NCBI GenBank assembly: GCA_963666565.1
Contig: OY762911.1
Span: 1,312,001-1,376,000 of the forward strand
Direction of reading: 5' to 3'
Source: Thermoanaerobaculia bacterium
GTDB taxonomy: Bacteria > Acidobacteriota > Thermoanaerobaculia > Multivoradales > Multivoraceae
DNA length: 64,000 bases
Of this stretch, positions 9,832-19,026 are shown in pieces. The translations under genes were made by a program, and so were the position numbers. Under the pieces are notes generated by a model. That model ran no database searches, was not told the DNA's origin, and worked only from the letters and a program-made list of their open reading frames with translations. Position 1 is the stretch's first letter. Every line of letters begins with the position of its first letter.

Positions 9832-9920
9832 GGTTCGATGCGGGCACGCGCGCGCAGCCATGCTCCCGGTCGATGACGACGACTTCATGGACGGTTCGAT
9901 GCGGGCACGCGCGGGCAGCC
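9832..9920. repeat. Two 28-bp direct repeats with a 33-bp spacer (61-bp period)
   Basis: GGTTCGATGCGGGCACGCGCG(C/G)GCAGCC at 9832-9859 and 9893-9920. Confidence 0.85.
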
Positions 9921-9942
9921 GCAGTTCAGGGAGCGAACGGCC

Positions 9943-10536
9943 GTGATCCGGGAGCAAGGCCGGGGCGACGGCGGCTGCATCGAGGTCATCACCGGCGGCA
10001 TGTTCTCCGGCAAGAGTGAGGAGTTGCTGCGCCGGCTCCGCCGCGCGCTGATCGCCCGCCAGCGCGTCCAGGTGTTCCGGATCGCCACCGACACCCGGGG
10101 CGGCGACGGCGACGTGCTGCGCACCCGCGACAACCGCAGCCTGTCCGCGGTGACCGTGGCGTCCAGCGACGAGATGCGAGAGAAGCTGACGCTCGGCGTG
10201 GAGGTCGTCGGCATCGACGAGGCCCAGTTCTTCGACGAGGGCCTGGTCGAGCTGGTGACCGAGCTCGCCGACCTGGGCGTGCGGGTGATCGTGGCCGGGC
10301 TGGACCTCGACTTCCGGCGGCGTCCCTTCGGGCCGATCCCGGAACTCATGGCGATCGCGGAGTACGTCGACAAGATGCACGCGGTCTGCGTGCGGTGCGG
10401 GGCCGCGGCCCAGTACTCGCTCCGGATCGCGAGCGGCGAGCAGCAGGTCCTGGTCGGCGACACGGAGGCCTACGAGGCGCGCTGCCGGCGTTGCTACAAC
10501 TCGTCGGGCGAGGCCGAGGGGGCTCGCGCCAGCTAG
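9943..10536 (+). CDS. tdk: Thymidine kinase
   Basis: GGMFSGKSEEL, IDEAQFF, AGLD.DF, CVRC...YEARCRRC. Confidence 0.96.
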   Translation: MIREQGRGDGGCIEVITGGMFSGKSEELLRRLRRALIARQRVQVFRIATDTRGGDGDVLRTRDNRSLSAVTVASSDEMREKLTLGVEVVGIDEAQFFDEGLVELVTELADLGVRVIVAGLDLDFRRRPFGPIPELMAIAEYVDKMHAVCVRCGAAAQYSLRIASGEQQVLVGDTEAYEARCRRCYNSSGEAEGARAS

Positions 10537-10546
10537 AGGAAGGCCA

Positions 10547-10680
10547 ATGAACGAGAACCACGACTCTACGCTTCAAGACTCTGAACCCGACACCGCGCCA
10601 GACCTCTCTACAGGCGATTGGCCGGAGAAGTTCGCCAAGGTGCCCGTACGGCGCGGCCAGCCGCGAGCTAGCGCCGCCAA
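10547..10680 (+). pseudogene. N-terminal remnant of a BrnA-like antitoxin
   Basis: RBS GAGGAAGG, then MNENHDST...DTAPDLSTGDWPEKFAKVPVRRGQPR; the RHH C-terminus is missing. Confidence 0.45.
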
Positions 10681-10690
10681 GGCTTCTGGA

Positions 10691-11332
10691 CTAGCTCCGG
10701 ATAAGGCCCTGAAGGGCTCGCCGGATGGTCGAGCCGAGCTCCGGCGAGGACAGGTCGTGGCCGGCGCCTGAGACCTCCAGGCTGGCGCCAAGCGAGGGCC
10801 AGCGTTTGGGCAGGCGGCGGATCATCGCGGGCGGCGTGAAGCCGTCGAGTTGGCCGTAGACGACGGCGACTGGCACGGCGGCGGTGGCGGCGGCCTCGAA
10901 GTCGTAGTGGGTCAATGGCGGCGCGATGAGCAGCAGGCCGACGGGCGGATCGCCGGCCGCTTCCGCCTGCGGCAGGCGCGCCATGGTGACGACGGCACCG
11001 AAGGAGTAGCCGATGCCGAGGCGCGGGAGCCGAGGGTACCGGCGCCGGAGTTCCTCCTCGCAGGCGGCGAGATCGTCCACTTCGCCGCGGCCCTCGTCGT
11101 GGCGGCCCTCGCTTCCGCCCGTGCCGCGGAAGTTGAAGCGAAGCGCCGCGCCGCCCAGGTCGACCGCGGCGTTCGCGGCGGTGGTGACGACGTGGTTGTC
11201 CATGTCGCCGCCGTAGAGAGGATGGGGATGCGCGACGGTCGCCGTGAACGACGGTAGCGCTTCCGGCTGGAGCAGTTCGGCTTCCAGCAGGCCGGCCGGG
11301 CCCTGCAGTTCGAGAGGCGTGATTCGAGGCAT
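10691..11332 (-). CDS. Alpha/beta hydrolase
   Basis: HPHPLYGGDMDN, LRFNFRG, GYSFG nucleophile elbow, GAGH. Confidence 0.9.
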   Translation of the reverse strand: MPRITPLELQGPAGLLEAELLQPEALPSFTATVAHPHPLYGGDMDNHVVTTAANAAVDLGGAALRFNFRGTGGSEGRHDEGRGEVDDLAACEEELRRRYPRLPRLGIGYSFGAVVTMARLPQAEAAGDPPVGLLLIAPPLTHYDFEAAATAAVPVAVVYGQLDGFTPPAMIRRLPKRWPSLGASLEVSGAGHDLSSPELGSTIRRALQGLIRS

Positions 11333-11537
11333 GTCCTGAACGGCGCTTTCCGCGAGGTGAGCGAAGCGGTGAGGCGCAAGTGCCCAGAGGGGCGGAAGCG
11401 CGGAATATACTCCGCGTCGTGCCGGATTGAGCTTCGCGCAGCCCATCGCGGCTTCGGCGTCGCTTCGGGCCTCTTGCGAACACACCGCCCTTCGCGCCCC
11501 GTAACTCAGTCCGGACGCTCATCAAGGAGTCCGTTCG

Positions 11538-12227
11538 ATGATCTTCGATCCCCTGTACTTCGCCTTCCTTGCGCCGGGCCTGCTGCTGTCCCTGTGGGCC
11601 AGCTTCCGGGTCAAGCGAGCGTTCAACAAGTACTCCAAGGTGCGCTCCGTCACCGGCATGACCGGCGCTCAGGCGGCGCAGCGGCTGCTCGCCTACGCCG
11701 GCATCACGGACGTCCAAGTCGTCGCCACGCGGGGCCGGCTGTCCGACCACTACAACCCGGTGACGAAGAAGCTCGCCCTCTCCGAGCAGGTCTACGGCTC
11801 GAACTCGGTGGCCGCGATCGGCATCGCCTGCCACGAGGCCGGGCATGCCATCCAGCACGCGAAGAAGTACGCGCCGCTGTGGCTCCGGTCGACCCTGGTG
11901 CCCATGGCCGGCATCGGCAGCAACCTGGGCTACTTCGTTATGTTCTTCGGCCTGATCCTCGGCTCGATGCAGATGTTCCTGGTCGGGGTCGTCCTCTTCT
12001 CGGCGGTCGTTCTGTTCCAGCTCGTCACGCTGCCGGTCGAGTTCGACGCCACGGCTCGCGCCAAGCGTCTCGCGGTGGACCAGGGACTCATCCTCCAGAC
12101 GGAACGAGTCGGGATGGACCGGGTGCTGAACGCGGCCGCGATGACCTACGTTGCCGCCGCGGTGTCGTCGCTGCTGACTCTGGTGTACTTCCTGCTGCGG
12201 GCGGGGCTTCTTGGGGGTCGGGATTAG
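11538..12227 (+). CDS. Membrane zinc metallopeptidase (YugP/Zn_peptidase_2)
   Basis: LSDHYNP, HEAGHAIQH, TLPVEFDA, AAAMTYVAA. Confidence 0.92.
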   Translation: MIFDPLYFAFLAPGLLLSLWASFRVKRAFNKYSKVRSVTGMTGAQAAQRLLAYAGITDVQVVATRGRLSDHYNPVTKKLALSEQVYGSNSVAAIGIACHEAGHAIQHAKKYAPLWLRSTLVPMAGIGSNLGYFVMFFGLILGSMQMFLVGVVLFSAVVLFQLVTLPVEFDATARAKRLAVDQGLILQTERVGMDRVLNAAAMTYVAAAVSSLLTLVYFLLRAGLLGGRD

Positions 12228-12266
12228 GCAGAAGCAGGCTCGCCGCTTCGCGGCATCGCGCTTGGT

Positions 12267-12314
12267 GCGGGTCGGAAGACCCGCGCACCCAGTGGCAAGA
12301 CCCGGGCACCCGGT
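12267..12314 (+). repeat. REP-like hairpin element plus partial second copy
   Basis: GCGGGTC-GGAA-GACCCGC-GCACCC between convergent genes. Confidence 0.85.
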
Positions 12315-12317
12315 GGT

Positions 12318-13712
12318 TCAGAGCGGATCGCCGAGCTGCGCTGTCAGTTCGGCCTGGCGGGCCGCGAGTTCTTCGGGCGTCGTCGCTTCCAGGACGAGGC
12401 GCAGCAAGGGTTCGGTGTTCGAGGGACGGACGTTGAACCACCAGTCGTCGAAGTCGATGCGGATGCCGTCGAGGCGGTCGAGTGCGCCGCCCCCTCGCGT
12501 GGCGTAGCGCTCGACCAGGGCTTCCATCGTTCCGTCCTTGTCCTCGACCTCGAAGTTGATCTCGCTGCTCTTGGCGTAGCGCCGGAGCGGCGCGGCGACT
12601 TCGGAGAACGGCTTGCCGGAGCGGCGGAGCAGGTTGAGGACGGCGACCACGGCGAGGATCGAGCTGTCGGCGCAGTAGTTCTGCCGGAAGTAGTAGTGGC
12701 CGGCGAGTTCGCCGCCGAAGATCGCGCCGGTGCGACGCATCGTCGCCTTGACGAAGGAGTGGCCGACCCGTTCCGGCAGCGGCTCGCCGCCACGTTCGCG
12801 GATGTACTCCGGCACCGCGCGCGAGGAGCGGATGTCGTGGATCACGATTCCGCCCGGTGCGTCGCCCAGCATTTGGCCGCCGATCAGGGCGGTGATCAGG
12901 TCGGAGCCGATCGGCTCGCCGCGTTCGTCGACGAAGGCGGCGCGGTCGCCGTCGCCGTCGAAGCTGACGCCGAGATCGGCCCGCTCCTCGACGACCAGGT
13001 CGCTCAGGTCGCGCAGGTTCTCCGGCAGCAGCGGGTTCGCCTCGTGGTTCGGGAACGTCCCGTCGAGCTCGAAGTAGAGCGGCAGCAACTCCACGCCGCA
13101 CGCCGTAAGCAGAGGCCGGTAGATCGTGCCCATGCCGTTCGCGGCGTCGGCGGCGAGGCGGAGCTTCGGGGCGCCGCCGCCGGCGTCGCTTGCCTCGAAC
13201 GACCGGTCGAGGAAGGAGAGGACGTGCTCGGCGTACTCCGTCTCGATGCTTCTCGCCTCGACCCGGCCGGGCGTTGCGGCCGGCGCCGGCTCTTCGCCCA
13301 GGGCGTGCCGCTCGACGATCGGGATGCCGTGGTCGCCGGACACCGGCACGGCGCCGGCCAAGCTGAACTTGAGACCGTTGTACTCGGCGGCGTTGTGGCT
13401 GGCGGTGACCTGGATGCCGCCGGCCGCGCCCAGCCGGCCGGTGGCGAAGTAGTTCATCGGCGTCGTGGCGAGGCCGATGTCGAGTACGTCCAGCCCGGCT
13501 GAGGTCAGTCCCGCGCAAAGCGCCGCTGACAGGGGCTCGCTGTGGGAGCGCATGTCCCGGCCGACCACGACGGTGCGAGGCAGAGCCGCGCCCTGGTCGC
13601 CTTCGAGCGTGACCAGGCGCTCGAACGCCATGCCGATCCTGTGCGCCAGTTCCTCGTTCAACTGGCCCGGATAGAGGCCGCGGACGTCGTATGCCTTGAA
13701 GATTCCTGCCAT
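12318..13712 (-). CDS. Phosphomannomutase/phosphoglucomutase
   Basis: IFKAYDVRG, TASHN, FDGDGDR, GELAGH, VRPSNTEP. Confidence 0.95.
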   Translation of the reverse strand: MAGIFKAYDVRGLYPGQLNEELAHRIGMAFERLVTLEGDQGAALPRTVVVGRDMRSHSEPLSAALCAGLTSAGLDVLDIGLATTPMNYFATGRLGAAGGIQVTASHNAAEYNGLKFSLAGAVPVSGDHGIPIVERHALGEEPAPAATPGRVEARSIETEYAEHVLSFLDRSFEASDAGGGAPKLRLAADAANGMGTIYRPLLTACGVELLPLYFELDGTFPNHEANPLLPENLRDLSDLVVEERADLGVSFDGDGDRAAFVDERGEPIGSDLITALIGGQMLGDAPGGIVIHDIRSSRAVPEYIRERGGEPLPERVGHSFVKATMRRTGAIFGGELAGHYYFRQNYCADSSILAVVAVLNLLRRSGKPFSEVAAPLRRYAKSSEINFEVEDKDGTMEALVERYATRGGGALDRLDGIRIDFDDWWFNVRPSNTEPLLRLVLEATTPEELAARQAELTAQLGDPL

Positions 13713-13899
13713 GCCGAGTCTCTTCGCTTCGTAGTCGGTCAGTGGCGGATGAGCCGGCCCACCGCGCTCGATGCAGGCAGGATGCCCGCCTTCCGGATGC
13801 GGGCCAGAAGGCCCGCGCACCGACAGTTGCGAGCTTCCCCGGCATGGTGAACCGCCGACTGCGGACGCCGACGGTCGTTCCCGCGATGCGAGCTAACGG

Positions 13900-16800
13900 T
13901 CATTCCACGGCACGCCTTTCCTCGTGGGGCTGGACTTCGATCGCCAGGGCGAAGGCCTGCCCTTCGATCGGGGCGTCCTCCAAGCCGCCGGCGTCGCTCT
14001 GCGCGCCCTCGTCGCTCACGGCTTGCAGCGTCACGGCGAGCGTTTCGCCGCGGATCCAGTCGCGGTGCGCGTCGATGGCCGCCTCGACGTCTTCGGCGGC
14101 GCGGTAGCGGACCGCGATGCGGTCGGCGTAGTCGAGGTCCGCGGCGCGCCGCCGGTTCTGGACCCGGTGGACGACCTCGCGGGCGAGCCCCTCGGCGATC
14201 AGGCCGTCGTCCAGTTCGACGTCGAGGGCGACCAGGAGCTCGCTGTCGCCGTGAACGGCAATCCCGGGTCGCTCCTCGAGCCGTACCTCGACCTCGTCCG
14301 GTCCGAGATACTCCGTGTCGCCGTCGAGCTCCACGGCGATGCGACCGGAATCGTCGAGTTCCCGCTTCAGATCGGCGCCGCTCCGGGCGGCGAGCGCGGC
14401 CTTCACCGCCGGCATGGCGCGGCCGAAGCGGGGCCCGCACTTCGGGTAGTGCGGCACGACGTCGAAGGACACGTACTCCGAACTGTCCGCCGCCCAGCCG
14501 ACTTCGTGCACGTTCAGTTCGTCCCGGAGCAGGTCGACGTAGGGCGCGACGAGTTCTTCCACGCCCGGATCGGCCGTGACCAGGGTGACGGACCGCAGCG
14601 GCTGCCGGATCCGGATGCCGTTCGCGTTGCGCGCGGAGCGGCCGTTGCGGGCGACCTGGAGTACGGTGGCCATCGCCGTCTCCAGCCGGTCGTCGGACCG
14701 GTCCGCGGGCGGCTCGGGCCAGGACTCCAGGTGGCAACTGACCGCGCCCCCGCCCTGGCCCGACAGGAGGCGTCGGTGCAGTTCCTCGGCGACGAAGGGC
14801 ACGAAGGGCGCGATCAGGAGGCGCAGCGAGGTGAGCACTTCGTAGAGCGTCTGGTAGGCGCTCTCCTTGTCCGCGCCCGGTCCGTCGGTCGCGGCGTCTT
14901 CGCTGGGCGCCCAGAACCGGTCGCGGCTGCGCCGGATGTACCAGTTCGTCAGTTCGTCCAGGAAAGTCTCGATGCCGCGCGCTGCGGGCGCGGTGCGGTA
15001 GCCGCTCAGGTGCTCCGTCGTCGCGCGTGCCAGCCGGTACAGGCGAAGCAGGATCCACCGGTCGAGCGAAGCCCGCTCGGCGAAGGGGATCTCCGCGCCG
15101 CCGGGCCGCCAGCCGTCCAGGTTCGCGTAGATCGTGAAGAACGAGAGAGCGTTCCACAGCGGCAGCAGGAAGGTCTGGGCCGCCTCGCGGACCAGCCGGG
15201 CCGAGAAGCGCGACGACTGCTCCGGGTTGTTGACGCAGAAGTACCACCGCAGCGCGTCGGCACCGGTCTCGGCCACCACCTCCATCGGCTCCACGACGTT
15301 GCCGAGCCGCTTCGACATCTTGCGGCCGTTCTCGTCGTTCACGTGGCCGAGGACGATGCAGTTGAGGTAGGCCGGACTGTCGAACAGCAGGCAGCCCAGG
15401 ACGTGCAGCAGGTAGAACCAGCCCCGCGTCTGGTCGACCGCCTCGGAGATGAAGTCCGCCGGGAAGCGCGAGCGGAAGGTCTCCTCGTTCTCGAACGGGT
15501 AGTGGTACTGCGCGAAGGGCATCGCGCCCGAGTCGAACCAGGCGTCGATGACGTACTCGACGCGCTGCATCGTGCCGCCGCACCCGGAAGCCGCGCATGG
15601 CCACCGGAAGTCGTCGATGAAGGGCCGGTGCGGGTCGAAGCGCTCGCGGTCGTACGGGTCGTCCGGGAGCGACCGGCCCGCCTTGCGAAAGAGCTCATCG
15701 AACGAACCGACGACGTCCACGGCGTCGCAGTCGCCGCACTTCCAGACCGGCAGTGGCGTGCCCCAGTAACGGCTCCGGGACACCGCCCAGTCCACGACGT
15801 TCGCGAGCCAGTCGCCGAACCGGCCCTCGCCGACATGCTCCGGATGCCAGCGGATCTGGCGGTTCTTCTCGATCATCAGGTCGCGGGCGGCGGTGGTGCG
15901 CACGAACCAGCTCCCTGTCGCGTAGTAGAGCAGCGGCTGATCGCAGCGCCAGCAGAAGGGGTAGCTGTGGCTGTAGCGCTCGCCGTGGAGCAGGCGGCCG
16001 CGCTGCCGCAGCGAGCGGACGATCTTCGGGTCGGCGTCCTTGAACCAGGCGCCGTCGATCTCTTCGATCAGGGTCCGGATGGAGGGATCGGCGGAACTTC
16101 TCTCCGCGTCGAGCGCGACGCGGCCCTCCCCGTCGACCGCCTGGAGCTCCGGCAGGCCGTACTCGCGGCCGGTGCGCTGGTCGTCTTCGCCGAACAGCGG
16201 CGCCGTGTGAACCGCGCCGGTGCCCTCGGCCAGGGTGACGTAGTCGGCGAGCAGAATGCGGAAGCCAGCCTCGTCCGACACCTCGGCGGGGCGGTACGGG
16301 CGGCTCGGCTCGACGGCGAACGGCCGGTCGTAGAGCGCGCCCTCCAGGGCCCTGCCGGATAAGCGGGCCACGGTCTCGGCTTCGCGGAGGTCGAGGCGGG
16401 CCGGCTTGCCGTCGCCGGGAACGAGCACCGGCACGGGCCGCTCAAGATCCTCGGCGATCAGCAGTAGCCGCTCCGGGTCGCCGGGGTCGGCCACCGCGCG
16501 GTAGATCAGTTCGGGATGCACGGCGATGCCGGCGTGCGAGAGCAGCGTCCAGGGCGTCGTCGTCCAGGCCACGATGTCGACCGGCCGGTCGGTGCTGAAC
16601 GCCGTGCCGGCGCCGTCGCTGGCATCGAGCGCGCGAAGCGTCTGCCCCGGCCGCAGCGGAAACCGCACCCAGATCGACGGATCCTCCGTGTCGCGGTAGT
16701 TCTGCGCCACTTCGTGGCTCGACAGCGTCGTTCCGCAGCGGGCGCAGTAAGGCAGGATCTTCCGGCCCTCGTACAGCAGGTCCTTCTTCCAGAGCTCGGC

Positions 16801-17340
16801 CAGCGCCCACCACACGGACTCGATGTAGGTGTTCCTGTAGGTCCGGTAGGCGCTGTCCATGTCGAGCCAGTAGCCGACCCGCTCGGTCATCCGCCGCCAA
16901 CGGCGCTCGTAGGTGCCGACGCTCTCCAGGCAGGCGTTGTTGAACTTCTCGATCCCGTAGTCCTCGATCTGCTGCTTGCCGGAGAAGCCAAGCTGCTTCT
17001 CCACCTCGATCTCGACGGGCAGTCCGTGCGTGTCCCAGCCGCCCTTGCGGGGCACCCGCCGGCCGGTCATCGTGCGGAACCGCGGGTAGAGGTCCTTCAC
17101 CACCCGCGTGACGACATGGCCGACATGGGGCACGTTGTTCGCGGTCGGCGGACCTTCGTAGAACGAGAACTCGCGCTCGTCGTCGTCGCCGGCGGCCAGC
17201 GAGGCTTCGAACACTTTCTCGCGCCGCCAGAACTCCAGCGTCTCGCGCTCCAGCTCGGGAAAGGGATAGCCGCCGGGTACGGGCGGGAACCCGGATGGTG
17301 CGTCCTGCTTCATCCCTGAACCGGTCCTCGCGTCCGTCAT
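13900..17340 (-). CDS. ileS: Isoleucine-tRNA ligase, type 2
   Basis: YEGPPTAN..PHVGH, GWDTHGLP, WTTTPWT, KMSKRLGN, PFAQYHYPFEN; start uncertain (17340 or 17313). Confidence 0.96.
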   Translation of the reverse strand: MTDARTGSGMKQDAPSGFPPVPGGYPFPELERETLEFWRREKVFEASLAAGDDDEREFSFYEGPPTANNVPHVGHVVTRVVKDLYPRFRTMTGRRVPRKGGWDTHGLPVEIEVEKQLGFSGKQQIEDYGIEKFNNACLESVGTYERRWRRMTERVGYWLDMDSAYRTYRNTYIESVWWALAELWKKDLLYEGRKILPYCARCGTTLSSHEVAQNYRDTEDPSIWVRFPLRPGQTLRALDASDGAGTAFSTDRPVDIVAWTTTPWTLLSHAGIAVHPELIYRAVADPGDPERLLLIAEDLERPVPVLVPGDGKPARLDLREAETVARLSGRALEGALYDRPFAVEPSRPYRPAEVSDEAGFRILLADYVTLAEGTGAVHTAPLFGEDDQRTGREYGLPELQAVDGEGRVALDAERSSADPSIRTLIEEIDGAWFKDADPKIVRSLRQRGRLLHGERYSHSYPFCWRCDQPLLYYATGSWFVRTTAARDLMIEKNRQIRWHPEHVGEGRFGDWLANVVDWAVSRSRYWGTPLPVWKCGDCDAVDVVGSFDELFRKAGRSLPDDPYDRERFDPHRPFIDDFRWPCAASGCGGTMQRVEYVIDAWFDSGAMPFAQYHYPFENEETFRSRFPADFISEAVDQTRGWFYLLHVLGCLLFDSPAYLNCIVLGHVNDENGRKMSKRLGNVVEPMEVVAETGADALRWYFCVNNPEQSSRFSARLVREAAQTFLLPLWNALSFFTIYANLDGWRPGGAEIPFAERASLDRWILLRLYRLARATTEHLSGYRTAPAARGIETFLDELTNWYIRRSRDRFWAPSEDAATDGPGADKESAYQTLYEVLTSLRLLIAPFVPFVAEELHRRLLSGQGGGAVSCHLESWPEPPADRSDDRLETAMATVLQVARNGRSARNANGIRIRQPLRSVTLVTADPGVEELVAPYVDLLRDELNVHEVGWAADSSEYVSFDVVPHYPKCGPRFGRAMPAVKAALAARSGADLKRELDDSGRIAVELDGDTEYLGPDEVEVRLEERPGIAVHGDSELLVALDVELDDGLIAEGLAREVVHRVQNRRRAADLDYADRIAVRYRAAEDVEAAIDAHRDWIRGETLAVTLQAVSDEGAQSDAGGLEDAPIEGQAFALAIEVQPHEERRAVE

Positions 17341-17443
17341 CGGGCGCATGGATGGCACGCGAGTGTGCCGTCGCGGTACGCGGAGGCGCGGCCGCAACGG
17401 GACATCGGTAGAGCGTGCGGGCTCGACACGGCGGCGCTCCGCT

Positions 17444-18457
17444 TCAGGCGGCAAAACGCTGGCGCTCGACGAACGCCGTCAGCGCTGCCGCGAACTTCGC
17501 CGGCCGTTCGACGTGGGGCAGGTTGCGGCAGCCGTCGAAGACGTCGAGGTCGGCGTTCGGCAGTTCCTGCAGCCAGAGGTCGGCCGTCTCGAGGGGAGGG
17601 TTGGTCGCCTGCCGGCCCCAGGCCAGCCACACCGGCTGGCCGATTCCGGCGCCGACGCCGGCCGGCAGCCGGTGGCCGAGGCGGCCGCAGAGGGACTCGA
17701 TCAGGGCGTGCCCGGCGCCGGGCAGATGGCTCGCGCGGTAGAGCTGCTCCACCACGGACTCGCCCAGGCCCTCGGCGCCGAACAGGGTCTCGCGGCGGAG
17801 GTGGTTCTCCAGCGCCCGCTCGCCGGTGACCAGGTTGAGCGCCGACTTGCCGAGCACGGGCGCCCGGAGCAGCGCGTGCATCACCGGGTCGCTGCGCTCG
17901 TCCGTGACCTCCGTGCCGATTCCCTGGGGACCGACGAGCGCCAGGGCCGCGACCAGGTCCGGCGCGTCCACCGCGACCTCGACCGCGTAGGCCGCGCTGC
18001 GGTGGGGGGCGACGAGCACCGCGCTCTCGCCCACGGCCTCTTCCAGGAACCGCCCGAGCAGGTCGATGTAGAGCCGGGCCGTGTAGCGCCGGTTCGAGCG
18101 TTCCGAGTCGCCCCAGCCGAGCCAGTCGGGCACGAAGCAGTCGTGGCTCCTCGCAAGGCGCTCGGCCGCCTCGCGCCACAGCAGGCCGGTGTGGCCGGGT
18201 CCGAACGTGTGGAGCAGGACCATCGGCGGTCTGCCGGCGCGGCCCGGGGACTCCAGGTGGACGAAGGCGATCCGGTGGCCGTCGACCTCGACGTGCCGGG
18301 TGTCGCCCCAGCGCGGCCGCGGCAGCCGCTTCGCCCTGCGCGCCACGATCGCGTTGAACAGGGCCGGGGCGCCCAGCGCGACGCCGCCGAGGAGCAGGCC
18401 GTTCGCCAGGCGCCGCCTGACCAGCCGCCGGCTTTCCTGGTTCGCGGAGCGGGCCAT
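17444..18457 (-). CDS. Alpha/beta-fold hydrolase-like protein with N-terminal TM segment
   Basis: PDWLGWGDS, C-terminal LPHVERP; nucleophile elbow atypical. Confidence 0.8.
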   Translation of the reverse strand: MARSANQESRRLVRRRLANGLLLGGVALGAPALFNAIVARRAKRLPRPRWGDTRHVEVDGHRIAFVHLESPGRAGRPPMVLLHTFGPGHTGLLWREAAERLARSHDCFVPDWLGWGDSERSNRRYTARLYIDLLGRFLEEAVGESAVLVAPHRSAAYAVEVAVDAPDLVAALALVGPQGIGTEVTDERSDPVMHALLRAPVLGKSALNLVTGERALENHLRRETLFGAEGLGESVVEQLYRASHLPGAGHALIESLCGRLGHRLPAGVGAGIGQPVWLAWGRQATNPPLETADLWLQELPNADLDVFDGCRNLPHVERPAKFAAALTAFVERQRFAA

Positions 18458-18532
18458 GCGGCGGAGGATAGCAGCGGCGCCAGCGGGTTTCGGCCCGTTC
18501 GGAGCGCGGCGCCGGGGGTGCATAATCGACCC

Positions 18533-19006
18533 GTGGCGTTCGAGATCGCGGTGGCCTGGGTGGGCCGTCGCCGGGAGCCCTGGGAGACGCTCTGCGGCGA
18601 CTATCGACGGAGAATCGAGCGGTTCGCGCCGGTACGCGAACTCGTCGTGCGCCCGGGTCGCGGCGACGACCGGACCCGGCTGCGAGTCGAAGGAAAGGCG
18701 ATCCGGTCCGCCCTGCCTGCCGGCGCCTGGACCGTCTGCCTCGACCGGCGGGGCCGCCGCCTCGGTTCGACCGAACTCGCGGCGGAGGTGGGCCGGCTGC
18801 GGTCCGAGTGGCCCCGGCCCGTCGCGTGGGTCGTCGGCTCGGACCTGGGGCTCGACCGGAACCTCCTGGAATCGTGCCGTTTGCGGCTCTCTCTGGGGCC
18901 GCTCACGCTCGCTCACGAGCTGGCCCGGCTGACCCTCTACGAGCAGATCTACAGAGCGTTCACCATCCTCGAGGGAATCAACTATCATCGGCGCCCGTTT
19001 CACTGA
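18533..19006 (+). CDS. rlmH: 23S rRNA pseudouridine-1915 N3-methyltransferase
   Basis: VGSDLGL, LSLGPLTLAHELARLTLYEQIYRA...YH. Confidence 0.95.
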   Translation: MAFEIAVAWVGRRREPWETLCGDYRRRIERFAPVRELVVRPGRGDDRTRLRVEGKAIRSALPAGAWTVCLDRRGRRLGSTELAAEVGRLRSEWPRPVAWVVGSDLGLDRNLLESCRLRLSLGPLTLAHELARLTLYEQIYRAFTILEGINYHRRPFH

Positions 19007-19026
19007 GCCGCGTGCGGAGGGATCAG

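Noticed and set aside
9832-9845. tRNA fragment or att site (GGTTCGAT)
   Set aside because: No T-stem complement, acceptor stem or CCA
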